The notes under the pieces: model-generated
What the model was told of the DNA's origin: nothing
Database searches by the model: none
The model's input: only the letters and a program-made list of their open reading frames with translations
Part shown: positions 40,663 to 54,320 of the stretch, piece after piece
How the letters are laid out: each line of letters opens with the position of its first letter
How positions within the stretch are numbered: position 1 is the stretch's first letter
Program-made: the position numbers and the translations under genes
DNA from: the human T2T-CHM13v2.0 reference genome, Homo sapiens
DNA: 64,000 bases
Strand: one strand, 5' to 3'
NCBI RefSeq assembly: GCF_009914755.1
Contig: NC_060927.1

Positions 40663-40958
40663 TTTTTTTTTTTTTTTTGAGACGGAGTCTCGCTCTGTCT
40701 CCCAGGCTGGAGTCCAGTAGAGCATCTCAGCACACTGCAAGCTCCGCCTCCCGGGTTACGTCATTCTCCTGCCTCAGCCTCCGGAGCAGCTGGGACTACA
40801 GGCACCCGCCACCACGCTCGGCTAATTTTTTTGTATTTTTAGCAGAGACGGGGTTTCACCGTGTTAGCCAGGACGGTCTCGATCTCCCGCCCTCGTGATC
40901 CGCCCACCTCGGCCTCCCAAAGTGTTGGGATTACAGGCGTGAGCCACCGCGCCCAGCC
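40663..40958 (-). mobile_element. AluY
   Basis: GCAAGCTCCGCC, CATTCTCC, CCGTGTTAGCCAGGA and TCGATCTCC diagnostics. Confidence 0.93.
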
Positions 40959-41086
40959 GTATAAAATAATTTTTAAAAATTCTGTGATAAATGATGCTAA
41001 GGAAAAGTAGAATAAGATGTAAGAAAAATATGAGCAGCCCAAGTTTTTATTCTTTCCCATCTTCCCTTATGGTCAAAGCAGAATAA

Positions 41087-41218
41087 TGTTACAGCAAAAA
41101 TACCCTCATTCTTTTTCTTGGAACTTATGAAGATGTAAACTGCATGGCAAAAATGTATTTTGAAAATATGATTAAAGTTAAGACCTTAACATGGGAAGAT
41201 TATTTCAGATTATTGCAA
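41087..41218 (+). mobile_element. MLT1D-like LTR, 5' part (interrupted)
   Basis: CATGGCAAAA...TGATTAAAGTTAAGACCTT...AGATTATTTCAGATTAT. Confidence 0.7.
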
Positions 41219-42172
41219 GCAGTAAACCATCCCTATTCACAGAAGAGATGATCTTATATACATATATGTATAAAATACATGTGTGTGTGTAATTCTAAAA
41301 ATTCCACAAAATGGTACTATTAAATATAATAAACACATTCAATGGAGTTGCAAGATACAAAATCAACACAAAAAATCAATTGTATTTGTACATACTAGCA
41401 ATAAAAAATGGAACATTGAAATTAGAAAAACAATTCCACTTACAACGGTACCAAAAATAATGACATTCTCAACACTAAATTTTACCAAAAATATTCAAGA
41501 CTAATACACTGAAAACTACAAAATGTTGTTTAAAAAATTAAAGAAGATTAATAAATGAAAAGACATTCTGTGTCTATGGATTAGGGGACTTAATATTGTT
41601 AAGATGGCAATGCAACACATAGTGATTTATGGATTTAATGCAATCACTATAAAAATACAAATGGCCCTTTTTGTAAAAATGGAAAAGCAAATCCTCAAAT
41701 TGTCATGGAATTGCAAGGGGCCTCTATAGCAAAAACAATACTGGAAAAGGACAACAAAGTTTAGGACTTGGAGAACTCACTCTTCTTGTTTTTAAAACTT
41801 ACTCTAAACATGATCAAATGTCATGCTCAAGGGAAATGTTCATTGGAAAAGCTAATCTACATAAAAAAGAAAAGCTGGACCCTACCTCATAAAAATAACT
41901 CAAAATCGCTCAGCAATGAAAATGTTAGAAATAAAACTTTTATAAGAAAAATTTGATGTATATCTTCCTAGGCTTGGATTATGCAATGGATTCTTAGATA
42001 TGACACCAATAGAATGAGTAAGAAAAAAGTATATTCTGTACCATGTTATCAAAAGAAAAACCGTTGTGCAGCAAATGACATTATCAAGGAGTGAAAAGAC
42101 AACCTATAGAGTGGAAGAAAATATGTGCATCTTATATCTGATAATAATCTAGTATCCAAAATATATAAAGAT

Positions 42173-42198
42173 ACACACACACACACACACACACACAC
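42173..42198. repeat. (CA)n microsatellite
   Basis: About 13 AC units. Confidence 0.95.
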
Positions 42199-42299
42199 GT
42201 ACATGTCAGTGGATCTACCATTCTGGGGTCTGGGGTTTGTGTGTATGTATATGTATATTCACCTAAACTTCTCTTCATATACATATATGTGTGTGTGTC

Positions 42300-42798
42300 T
42301 GTATATATATATATCCTATTAGTTCTGTCCCTCTAGAGAACCGTGACTAATAGGTAGTGTGATAGCATGAATTAATACTCCTTAATAAACTCCCCTGTAT
42401 ATGTATATGGGGAGTTTATTAAGGAGTATTAATTCACACTATCACAAGTTCCCACAATAGGCCTTCTGCAAACTGAGGAGCAAGGAAGCCAGTCCAAGTC
42501 CCAAAGCTGAAGAACTTGGAGTCCAATGTTCAAGAGCAGGGAGCATCCAGCATGGGAGAGACATGTAGACTAGGAGGCTAAGCCAGTATAGTCTTTTCAT
42601 GTTTTTCTGCCTGCTTTATATTCTGACCACACTAACAGCTGATTAGATGGTGCTCACCCAGATTAAGAGTGGGTCTGCTTTCCAAGCTCACTGACTCAAA
42701 TGTTAATTTCCTTTACCAACACCCTGAGAGATACAACCAGGATCAATACTTTGCATCCTTCAATCCAATCAAGTTGGCATTCAGTATTAACCATCACA
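42300..42798 (-). mobile_element. MLT2A-like (ERVL) LTR with rearranged 3' end
   Basis: Minus strand begins TGTGATGGTTAATACTG at 42798. The terminal CCTATTAGTTCTGTCCCTCTAGAGAACC.TGACTAATA lies on the opposite (+) strand at 42315-42352. Confidence 0.9.
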
Positions 42799-43189
42799 GT
42801 GAGGATGTGGAGAAATGGAAACTCTTATCCATTGCTGGTGGTGATTTAAAAGTGTGCAACTACTGTAAAAAACAGTCGATAGCTCTTCAAAAAATTAAAG
42901 ACAGAATTATCATATGACCCAGAAATTCCACTCACACATATATACTCAAAAAAGTAAAAACAGAAACTCAAACAAATACTTGTACACACACATTCATAGA
43001 AACACTATTCCTGATAGCCAAAGGTAGAAAAAAACCCAGATGTCATCAAATAAATGGATTAAAAAAGGAATTGTGGTATATACATACAATGAAATATTAT
43101 TCAGCTATAAAAAGTAATGAAGTACTGAAACATGCTACAATGTGGATGAATCTTAAAAACACTATATTAAGTGAAAAGAGCCAAATCGC

Positions 43190-43580
43190 ATAATATGTTA
43201 GGGTTCTCTAGAGGGACAGAACTAACCAGATAGATGTATATATGACAGGGACTTTATTAAGGAGTTACTGACTCATATGATCACAAGGTGAAGTCCCACA
43301 ATAGGCCATCTTCCAGCTGAGGAGCAAGGAAGTCACGAGAGAAAGACAAAGGTCGTAAGACTCAGCAAGTCTGCTCTTTCCATCTTCTTCTCCCTGCTTT
43401 ATTCTAGCCACGCTGACAGCTTATTAGATGGCGACTACCCATATTGAGTATGGGTCTGCCCCTTCCAGTCCAGTGACCCAAATGTTAATCTCCTTTGACA
43501 ACACCCTCACAGACACACCCAGGAACAATACGTTTCATCCTTCAATCCAATCAATCTGACACTCAATATTGACCATTACA
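43190..43580 (-). mobile_element. MLT2B-like LTR with internal deletion
   Basis: AGGGTTCTCTAGAGGGACAGAACTAA...CAATCCAATCAA...CTCAATATTGACCATTACA. Confidence 0.88.
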
Positions 43581-43884
43581 TATAGTATATGATTCCATTT
43601 ATATTAAATATCTGGAATAGAGAAACCCATAGGCAGGAGGAAAATAGGCAGTTTCCAGGGACTGGGAGAGTGTAGGGGAAATGGAGAGTGACTGTTTAAT
43701 GGGTATAGGGTTTTCTTTTGGGTTGATAAGTATATTTTGATACTTGATAGAGATGGTAGTTGGGAAACATTCTTTATTAATGAGCTAAATGCTACTTCTA
43801 TCTACACTTCAAAATGGCTAATTTTATGTCATGTAAATTTTACCTAATCTTTTTTAAAAAAAGAAATTGTCAGAGAAATACTAT

Positions 43885-44140
43885 ATTGCTATCTTTGAAG
43901 ATGGAAGAAAGAGGCCACAAGCCCAGGATTACAGGCAGCGTATACATCCTGAAAAAGGCAAGGAAATAGACTTTCTACTAGAACTTTCAGAAAGGAATGC
44001 AGCCCCAGTGACACCTTGACTTTAGTCCAAGGACATTTGTGTTGAATTTTTGATCTATAGAACTGTGGGATAGATAATCGATTTGTCCAAAGCCACTGAC
44101 TTCTGGAAGTGTATTACAGTGACAATGGAAAACTAATACA
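43885..44140 (+). mobile_element. MLT1D-like LTR, 3' part
   Basis: TTTGAAGATGGAAG...AAAAGGCAAGGAAA...GACACCTTGA...GAAAACTAATACA. Confidence 0.85.
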
Positions 44141-44463
44141 CCTCTGGTGTATGCTTATCTACAAATGCAATTTTCTTACTATGATGTTCTCAGTAATTAC
44201 ATTATTCAACTTATCACCTTTCTTATTTCGACCGTTATTTTTTTCTTCAAGAAATGGTACCATATTCATTTCTTCCATCTGAAGAGTTAGAACCTTGTAA
44301 ACTAAGCAGATTCTCATTTTTAAATAAATAAAGTAGTTTTCACACAAGGTGCTTGGATTGCTTGTATGGAAACATGCTTAGACAACAATTTAATATCACT
44401 CAATCCCAGGCAAGACAGGCCACTACTCTGGCCCTTACGTGTTAAAGGACCATGTCTATCTTA

Positions 44464-44500
44464 ACATACACACTCACGCGCGCACACACACACACACACA
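44464..44500. repeat. (CA)n/(CG)n alternating tract
   Basis: CACGCGCGCACACACACACACACACA. Confidence 0.9.
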
Positions 44501-46403
44501 TTTTATTAAAGAACTTATGAATGTCATTTTCTGTAAGGATGCAGTGCTTATTGCGGGAACATTACAATGTATATCTCTGAGAATATGCTGTCCTGATTAA
44601 CAAACACTATTTGGGAATTAAGGTGAACAAAGTGATGGCCTCAGATTGTTCAGGAGGTTGGGGGGTATCTGCCTCTCAACATCAGAGATGGACACTGCTT
44701 TCTGGTGAGGCAACAAATTATATTGTCATATTGTCTCTTAAAGTGTATCACTGTGATAGTCTTACATAATAAAGTATCTTTTAACATAATGCCAATTATC
44801 ATTTTCTTGCTTTTCTTTCATATTCCACCTCCCATTTCCAAAGATACAGAGGAATTAATGTTGTATTTATAATAGTTGCTTGTGATTACTGAGGAATGTT
44901 ATAAAATATTTAAAAATTCATGTCACTTTCAAATATAGAAAATAAGAAAGTAGATGTCTGTAGTTGCATGTATATGTAGGTTCAGATGTAACACATGAAA
45001 TGTAATTATTTATACTGAAGGATCAAAGGACATCAAAGGCAAGAATTGCACAAAGTATTGTACAATTTAATGAAATTTGTAAATGGTTAAACAGTACCAC
45101 TTTATGTAACTATTTTGATTTAAAATATTGATGCTCAGGTACTATTTGATTTTACAATATATATTTATATTACTTTTCTAAAATATTCTGATTAACATAA
45201 TAGACTACTTATAATATTTTAGAAAAGATAATTTGAAAACAGATCTGATATTAAAATTTCCAAAATTACACTGATCTTAATTTGCATATTTAATAAAAAT
45301 AACACATTTTGTACACTTTGAACATATTAAAAATATTTAAATCATTATAGTTAAAATAATTCAAATAATGTGAGAATTTCATTATAACTATATAAGGCGA
45401 TTTTGCAGAAATAAAGGTAAATCAAGTAAGTTTTATTGAATTAATATATAATAATTTGTCAATTATCTGCTCATTTTAATATTCACCAAATATCAGCAGT
45501 TCATCTCAAGAACATTAAGTTTCTGTAATTATCTCATTAATCTCATTTGTCCTTGATATTTTTATAGTTTTCACTTATATAAAAATAATTTGAGAAATAT
45601 TTTTTATTTTTTCTACTCAAGAGGCATAAATATCACCATAGGGGGAGTCATGTTTTATTTAACATTTACTGACTTTGATATATATGTTTTAAATATCTGG
45701 ACATATATTGTATTTAAACTACCATTGACATTTTGCCACAGGATCAGTAAAATTAGGAATGAAGATGAAACACTATGATAGAAAGTGATTCAAGGTATTG
45801 AAAATTTGATAATAAACTTTGAGCTCTCATTGACCATTGTTCCTCGCTGTTGCCAAGGTGGTCTTACATTACAGCAAAGCCACTGAGAGATGCTTCAGTT
45901 GAAGACTACCTTGTGCCTGACCTCTTTTCTTTGTTCCTTCACCAGAGATTTTTCTTGGGATATTCTCAACATGTCTTTGATGCTTTAACAGATTAAATGT
46001 TGTAATGCAGAAATTTTTCTTAGGCCCCTTTGACTCCATGTTTGTATCCTTCCTTATGTCTCTCTTTCCTTCATTGTCATCTAGAGTTTATTAGTAAGTC
46101 AAAAGATGAAACTAGATACCTACATTATGGTTAATGCATACCAGTCTGGCAGAAACTTTGATATTCCTTAGTTTGAATTTATATAATTGCATAATGGAGA
46201 TATAAACTTACAAGCTAATTGCCTCAGCACACTGAGAAGTATTATAAACATGTCACACCACAGTGTGCATTTTTAGAATTAGGAATAAGGAGAATCCTAA
46301 TGCAGTTTCTCTTCAAAAGGACTTTGAGATGTCCATTTGATTTGGGATGCAATGCAACTTGCCGATGATTTGTTTTATTCTAAATATTAGAGATTAAGCA
46401 TAC

Positions 46404-46639
46404 ATTTTTTCAACTTTTATTGATTCTGAGGGTAAATGTGCAAGTTTGTTATCTGGGTATACTGCATGATGCGGAGGTAATGCTCCCACTATCAGGTGCT
46501 AAGCATAGTACTCAACAGTTAGTTTTTCAACCCTTGCCCCCACACCTCTCTCCCTGCTCTAGTAGTCCCCACTGTCTATTGTTGCAATCTTTATGTCCAT
46601 AAGTATTGGATGTTTAGCTCCCACTTATAAGTGAGAACA
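46404..46639 (-). mobile_element. Short L1PA15/16-like 3' end
   Basis: GTGCAAGTTTGTTA...GCTCCCACTTATAAGTGAGAAC; TSD-like AAGCA.A.ATTTT on both sides. Confidence 0.88.
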
Positions 46640-47779
46640 AAGCACAGATTTTTTTAAGCTAAGTAATAATCATTGTATAAATTGTTCAGGGGTGGAGGAA
46701 GATTATAAAGGAAACACTGTTTACAGGCAAGCCGTTAACATTGTCAGTTCTGTGAACAGTGGAGGCGTACTTTCATTTGGTATAGCTGTTTCTTTCTTTT
46801 CTCCATAAATAAATTCTCCTACAAAGCCTTGAATTTATGCAGATGCAAATGACGTAGTGGGGCCAGAGAAAGGAATCATACATAAAAAGCAAAGACTTTT
46901 GTGTTTAATTACTTTAAACGTATTTCCATATCTTCTTCTGTTCCAGATGTCTACCTTACCCTCTACACTCCCTAAGGACTTTTGCAACATTTCTATTAAC
47001 TTATAAAGATATTGGATTAATTTAAAGTTAGAAGAGTTTGTGGATTTATTTGATTGGATGTATTTTTCTAATGATTTTTGTTTTTAAAAGATCAGTTAAT
47101 AATTTAGTGGCCAAATTTTAAAATCTGGGGTTGACATCATTTGTGGGAAAATAAAAACATGTTATTTGGTTATCAGGCATAAAGACAACAAGTTGAGTTT
47201 CTTAGCTTGACAACTCAATGTCTATTTCTTACCATCCTTTTCGTGTGAAGCATGGTAGGCTATTAACTGCTGATCCTTAGATTTAGTACAAATAAGTCCA
47301 TATAAGAAAAAGCACATTAAAATACAGTGAAGATTACAACAAAGATACTAGACGCCATCTAAATTTCTCTGTTTGTTACATAAAAAATGACATCATAAAA
47401 ACCAAAGACATAGACACAGAGGCTCTAATTTGATGCCATCTAGATATTCTCATGGTATTTGTTTCTTTTTTTTTTAATTTGCACAGCCTTGTTCTTCTTT
47501 TATTTCTCCCAAACCTTTTACTTGAATGTAATGATAAAACACATCATCATATTTATTTGACAATCCTACCAAAAATAGCTAACTACTTTTTCAAATGTTT
47601 TTCCCACATCTGATCTGCCTGTGTACTCATGATTACTGAAAGCCCTGGTAGCATTTGCTTTGGTGGAGGTAGTGTATCAGTTCCATCATCCAACTTAAAT
47701 AATTCTTCAAGATCTAATAAATAGCTAAGGGAATATAAGAAGATAATGATCTCAATTTCAACCTTAAATGAAATTTTAG

Positions 47780-48720
47780 TAAAAGAGCACAGGGGAGTGT
47801 TTCACCAAATACAAGAAAGAAAATAAAGGACAGCAAGAAAAACAATGTGGCCTAGAGCAGAGTGAAGAGAAAGAAGAGTAAGACAGCAAGAAAATAAGTC
47901 AGATGAGTAACTAGCAACCAGATCATGTAGGATCTTTTAGGTCATAATAAGAACTTTGGCTTTGTTTTTTCCATGATATGAGATGTCATTGGGAGGTTTT
48001 AACCAAAGGAGTATGTAATCAGACTTACATATGAATAATACTCTAGTTGCTGTATTGAAGATAAACTGCAAAAGAACAGTGAGAAAGTAAGAGATGCTGG
48101 TGTTTTCCATCAGGCTGAAGAGAGTGGTCTAATTAGAAGTGATGGAATTCTGAATATATTAAAGGCAAAGTAGATAGGATTTCTGACTGACCAGAGTGGA
48201 CTTAGAGATTTAGCTAGTTGCTCAGGCTAAATTACACCAATGTGATACCAATGTTTTAGCCTGAGCAACTAGAAGAATAGTATTGCTATTAACTGACAGG
48301 GAAAATGTGAGACTAGCTCAGTTTTGTACATGCTAAGTCTGAGATCTCTATTGGAAATCTCCTTGGGAAATGTCAAGTAGGGAGTTCAATATTTGATTCT
48401 AGAATTAAGGAGCAATATGAAGGGAGGAATAATCAGCATATAGATGGTGTTTACAGATGTATGAGTGGATGAGTTCACATAGAAGAGGTCCAAGGCTGAG
48501 GCCTGGGACAAGTCACCTCCTGAGGCCTGTCAAATTGCAAAGGAGACTGAGAAAAATGGTCAGAGATATAGGAGGAAACCCAGGTGGATATGATTTTCTG
48601 AAACAAAAGAAGTAAGTGTTTGGAAAGTAAATGATTACCAGTGCCCAATGTTGTCACCAGGTGAAATAAAATAAGAATTTTTAGACAATTATTAGATTTA
48701 AAACATGAATATTATTGATG
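47780..48720 (-). mobile_element. L2 fragment
   Basis: CAGATCATGTAGG...TTTTAGCCTGAGCAACTAGAAG...ATGTCAAGTAGG...ATCAGCATATAGATGGT. Confidence 0.85.
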
Positions 48721-50734
48721 AACATATAAATGACCACCGGCAAATCTGAAAAAGTAGAATTTTTTATTATTAAGATGTTGATATACTTTGACTTAAATTT
48801 TTATTTAGTCATTAATTAGCTGGCATGCAGGAATATGTAGGCTTCCCCAACAGAAAAATATACACAAAATGAAACTTTTGGCCTTTTGTGTAACACCGAT
48901 ACATAATTAATATTTTTAAAATATAAACAATATAAACTGGTGGAGTAAAAAAAATACATTAATGTAATTTTGTCTATCAGGATAATCACAAAAATAGTTT
49001 AAGTTTATTTTATACCTGTGTTGAAACATTCTCAGAATTTAGCTATTTTGACAAGACTGATGTCTGGAAATACACATTTTTTTACAATTATTTTATTGTA
49101 ATGTGCAGGGCATTTTACTCATTACATTTTGGGTATTTCAGAGTCCTCCTGGAATACTATTTGTAACTGAGTATAAAAGGGCATCATAAATGTCATTTGC
49201 TGATGTTAAACACAGTGATATGCACCATTGAAGAGGATAATCTCATATTAAATTAGAGGAGGAGGTTCTTTAGAACTATCAGTCAACTGTCTGCTTCTAA
49301 CTGTGATGTTAAAAGAAGCTGAATTAGAAGAATGGTGGACACTTCTAGAAGTATTTGAGTAGCTGGGCATTAAGGAATCTAAAATTGGGGGATATTCAAA
49401 GATTAAGGTTAATTTCAAGACTATCACCACCCCCCTAAAAAAGAAGAAGACGAAGAAGAGGAAAGAAAAAGACCTTACATTCTGGTCTCATGTCAGCCTT
49501 TTGCAAACAGAAAAGCTTAACGTTTTATTTCCCTCATTACCTCCATCATAGTGAAAGAAATAATTACCTGTACAATGCCTTTCATTCTGTGACCTCCAAA
49601 GTCAAATTCACAGTCATACGTAACTGGTGGGTTTTTTTTTTCCTACATTACCCAACTAATTGCTTAACACTGTGCTTCACTTAGGCAAGATAAAATGGAC
49701 CGGAGAGAGGAGAATTACAAAATTTTCCTGACAGGTATCTCTAGAATTTACTTGTCATTACAAAGATGTTTTATCATCAAAAGCTTTTTAGGAGCATGTC
49801 TTCAGTCCTGGTTTGTCATTTTTTGATTCTTAAGTGATGGCAAAGTTTATATCATATTTCATTTCAATGAACACTTTAAAGAACAAAAAGATTAAACTAA
49901 AAAAATGCAAAAGTGACAAAAATGATTGTTTTTTTACTTGGAAGTAATTGATTCCAGAAGATGTTTAGTATTTTAACATTAGTTTTAAGATCTAGACAGC
50001 ATTTAAAGTGGATTCCTCTTGAGATTTTCAATTTTTTAGTAATATGCATATTTCATGCCAGATATTTAAAAATAATAAATTAACATTTTTTTAATGTGGT
50101 GACTGAAAATGACACAGATGTGCTATTGTTTTTTTTTCAGCTCTGAAAAAGGAAGAAATGTTAATTCAAATAACACAAACTTATGTACATACTCATACAC
50201 AATACTTATGATAAAATACATAAATGAATTTTATGTAGATATTTATCTAAAGTGTTATAGACTATAGTTTGTCAAAAAAAATTCCCCAAATATTTATTTC
50301 TTGCCTGGCTTCTAAGAGGTCCAGAAGTTTTATCCTTAGTAAAATATTCAGCTCGCCACACTGGTCAAAAAGTCATTATCACTAAAGTATAAAGTTTAGT
50401 TTAGCTCCCTAGTCACTTGATAGTGCGCTTTGGTAATGAGAGATGAAGATCAAGTGGGGTTTATTTCAGAGAAAGAGTGCTCAGAATTGCTGTTTACTTT
50501 GTTAGACATTCAACCAAATCAATGACCTTTTAAAATTGGAAAACATATCGAATAGACAATCTAATGAAGGCACACAAGCCTCTCATTGGCAAGTACACTA
50601 AATAAAATGCATTAGTGTTTATTTTATTACAAAGGACAAAAAGATCAACACAAAAATAACAACCACAGCAGGCAGTATACACTCATATTCTTGCTACAGG
50701 ACTACATCAACTCTCCTACTCTCTTTTTTTAATT

Positions 50735-51772
<1,038 letters not shown>

Positions 51773-51779
51773 TCTTACC

Positions 51780-52690
51780 CCTATTTTTAAACTTTCAAAA
51801 TTGAAGTACAAGCTTAACAATAAAGTACATCTGTCTGAAATGTACTTCTTAATCAATATTTATGTAAGTATGCAACTGTGTCACCACCACCCACATAAGT
51901 ATCTAAGCTGTTTCTGGTTCCTTATGAGTCTCTTTTGTGTTTGCTCCCAGGCTACCATCCCCCACAGGTAACCAGTATTCTTACTTCCATTATCATAGAC
52001 TGCTTTGCATGCTTTAGCACTTCATATAAATGGAATCATACAGATGTACTCTCTTGTGTCTTAACCAGTCCTTGTTGATGAACATGTGCTCTATTTTCAT
52101 TCTTTTTCTATTACAAACAGTGTTACAATGAATAACTTTGTACAAGGGTCATTTAATAGGTGAAGATATATATTTCTAGTATTGGGATATGTGATTTAAA
52201 AGGTAAATACATTTGCAATTTTTCAAGAGATTGCTAGATTCCCTGTATAAGTGCTGTACCATTTTGGATTCATAGCTGCAACATAGAGTGCATGTATCAT
52301 TTGATTGTAACCTTTACATAGGTGCGTGTTGTACTTTTATATTGCATCTCTTTAATTTTTAGTGACGTTGAGAATCTACGTATGTTTGTGGCTATTTGCA
52401 GTTCTCTTTCTGTGACCTAACTGTTATGATTTTTACCTTTTTCTTCTATTGGGTTCTTGGTCATTTTTTCTCAATTTCTCTAAGCCATTTGTATATTTGG
52501 GGTATGAGTCTTTTGTCTAAGATATGAATTGAAAATATTTTTCCCAGTTTATGTTTTATCTGTGGACTATACTTGTGTATGTGCACGTTTTGTCATGCAG
52601 AATATTTTTTAAAATATAGTCAAAATTATCAATCTTTTATTCTGTGCTTTAAGTTTTGAGTCATAGATAGAAAGGACTTCCATCCTTCCT
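51780..52690 (-). mobile_element. L1ME-like fragments
   Basis: TTCATATAAATGGAATCATACA...AAATATTTTTCCCAGTTT...TAGTCAAAATTATCAATCTT. Confidence 0.65.
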
Positions 52691-52699
52691 TTAAAATTA

Positions 52700-53030
52700 T
52701 GTTTACTCGTGGTTAAAAAAACACATAATAAAATTTACCATCCTAAAAATGTATAAATGTATAGTTCAGTAGTGTTACATATATTCACATTTTTATGCAA
52801 CTAATCTTTATAACGTTTCGTCTTGCAAAACAATTCCTGATTAACTCCTATCCCCAGCACTTGGCAACCACTATTCTACTTTCTGTTTCTATGATTTTGA
52901 TTACCTCATATAAGTAGAATCATATAATAGTTTATTTTTGGTGATTGGTTTATTTTATTTGACAATGTCCTCAAGATTCATTCATGTTGTAGAATATGTT
53001 CAAACTTCCTTCATTTTTATGGCTAAATAT
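52700..53030 (-). mobile_element. L1MA10/MB-like 3' end
   Basis: ATAAAATTTACCATC...GTTCAGTAGTGTTA...TGGCAACCACTATTCTACTTTCTGTTTCTATGA. Confidence 0.85.
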
Positions 53031-53044
53031 TAGACCCTTTAGAC

Positions 53045-54320
53045 AATATATTCTGAAGGGAACTTGATTATCTGGATATTTTTCTGGGAGTCACATTGAT
53101 CTGTAATATTGTTACCATCATGTTGGCTGAGGATCTGGGAGCAGAAATGGTAAGTTCTCTGGATGCCCTAGTAAAACATTTGCACAACCAAACAACACAA
53201 ATTCAGCAGCATCCCATATCACTGAAGTTTTTAAGTGTCATCAGAATGTTGTGACATAGGCTCCAAAGTAAAGACCACATACATGCTAATCACTAAGAAA
53301 GATGCACATCACTTGTAGGCCTCTTCAGATTTCAGACAGAATACAAACTAGATTTGGCAATAATGCAGAAATAGTTTCTTGAGTGTCTTGAAAGCACAAC
53401 AGCTTTGAATGACACCAGAGCATAAGAGAGAGCTTTGCAAGAGATTCAGGTTGTTATACAAATTGTCCCTGCTTCTTGGGCTATGTGGCATGACAGATCC
53501 CATGATCTCACATGTATTTTTGGTACATAGGGCATTCTGTGAATTTCTGGAGCCCTATTAGAGGAGTGGCAGTATAGACCCCTAAAGACTCTGGAATAAT
53601 GTCATGCCATATTCATCAGATATATATTTACCACCTGAAAAGCAGGTTTTGTCATGTTTTTGGCCCCTAGCAAATGCTGAGCACCTGATAAGGAACATCA
53701 AATGATTGTATAGTCAGAAATAAGTATTATCAGGTCCATCAAGTCATACAGCCAGACAAGCATATTAGTAAACCATAGTATGATAAAAGTGGCATTGAGT
53801 ATCAGGTCTGAAATGGCTCAGAGGATATAAGTAAGTTTATAAGAGGTAGTCATAGATTCCTCAAATCACCAACTACTATCTGACTGAACCTCTCTCTTAA
53901 TATATACCCACGGTCCTATGGGATGTTATCTACTTCCCAGTGGGGGTGGAATAAAAACCTGGTCCTCATTTATGGTTGAGACAATTTGATATATGGTGAC
54001 AGCTAAAAATAGATTGCTGCTGCACTACAGCCTCACACTGGCAAGATCCTGAAAGATGGTATTGAGGGGAATCTTCCAAGTCAGCAGGCCTTTAAGCAAT
54101 TAACAGGTCATAAGCTGACATGAAAGAGAAGCATTCCAACTTAGCAATATGCCTGAAATTCTGCATGCAACTTCACTGGTAGTTCAAGACTTTGGAAAGA
54201 ACATGAATGGAAAATTGGAGGCAAATATGTTTGGGAATAAGTGTGTGGTGAGAGTGGACAAAAAGTGTGTAGATCAGTACTTCTCATGTCAATGACCACT
54301 GCAGGCTGCTCTAGGAAAGA
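53045..54320 (+). mobile_element. ERVL internal (pol RT/RNase H) remnant, heavily decayed
   Basis: GATGCCCTAGTAAAACA...ACTAAGAAAGATGCACA...GGCCTCTT...GCTTTGAATG...CAGATCCCATG...AGACCCCTA...ATGCCAT...CTGAAAGATGGT...GAGGGGAATCTTCC is colinear with ERVL pol as I recall it. No open frame remains. Confidence 0.75.

Larger units (their letters stand above)
41220..43865 (+). mobile_element. L1MB-like ORF2 end and 3' UTR, interrupted by two MLT2 LTRs
   Basis: GTTGCAAGATACAAAATCAACAC...CTTAATATTGTTAAGATGGCAA; 3' end AATGGCTAATTTTATGTCATGTAAATTTTACC. Confidence 0.9.
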
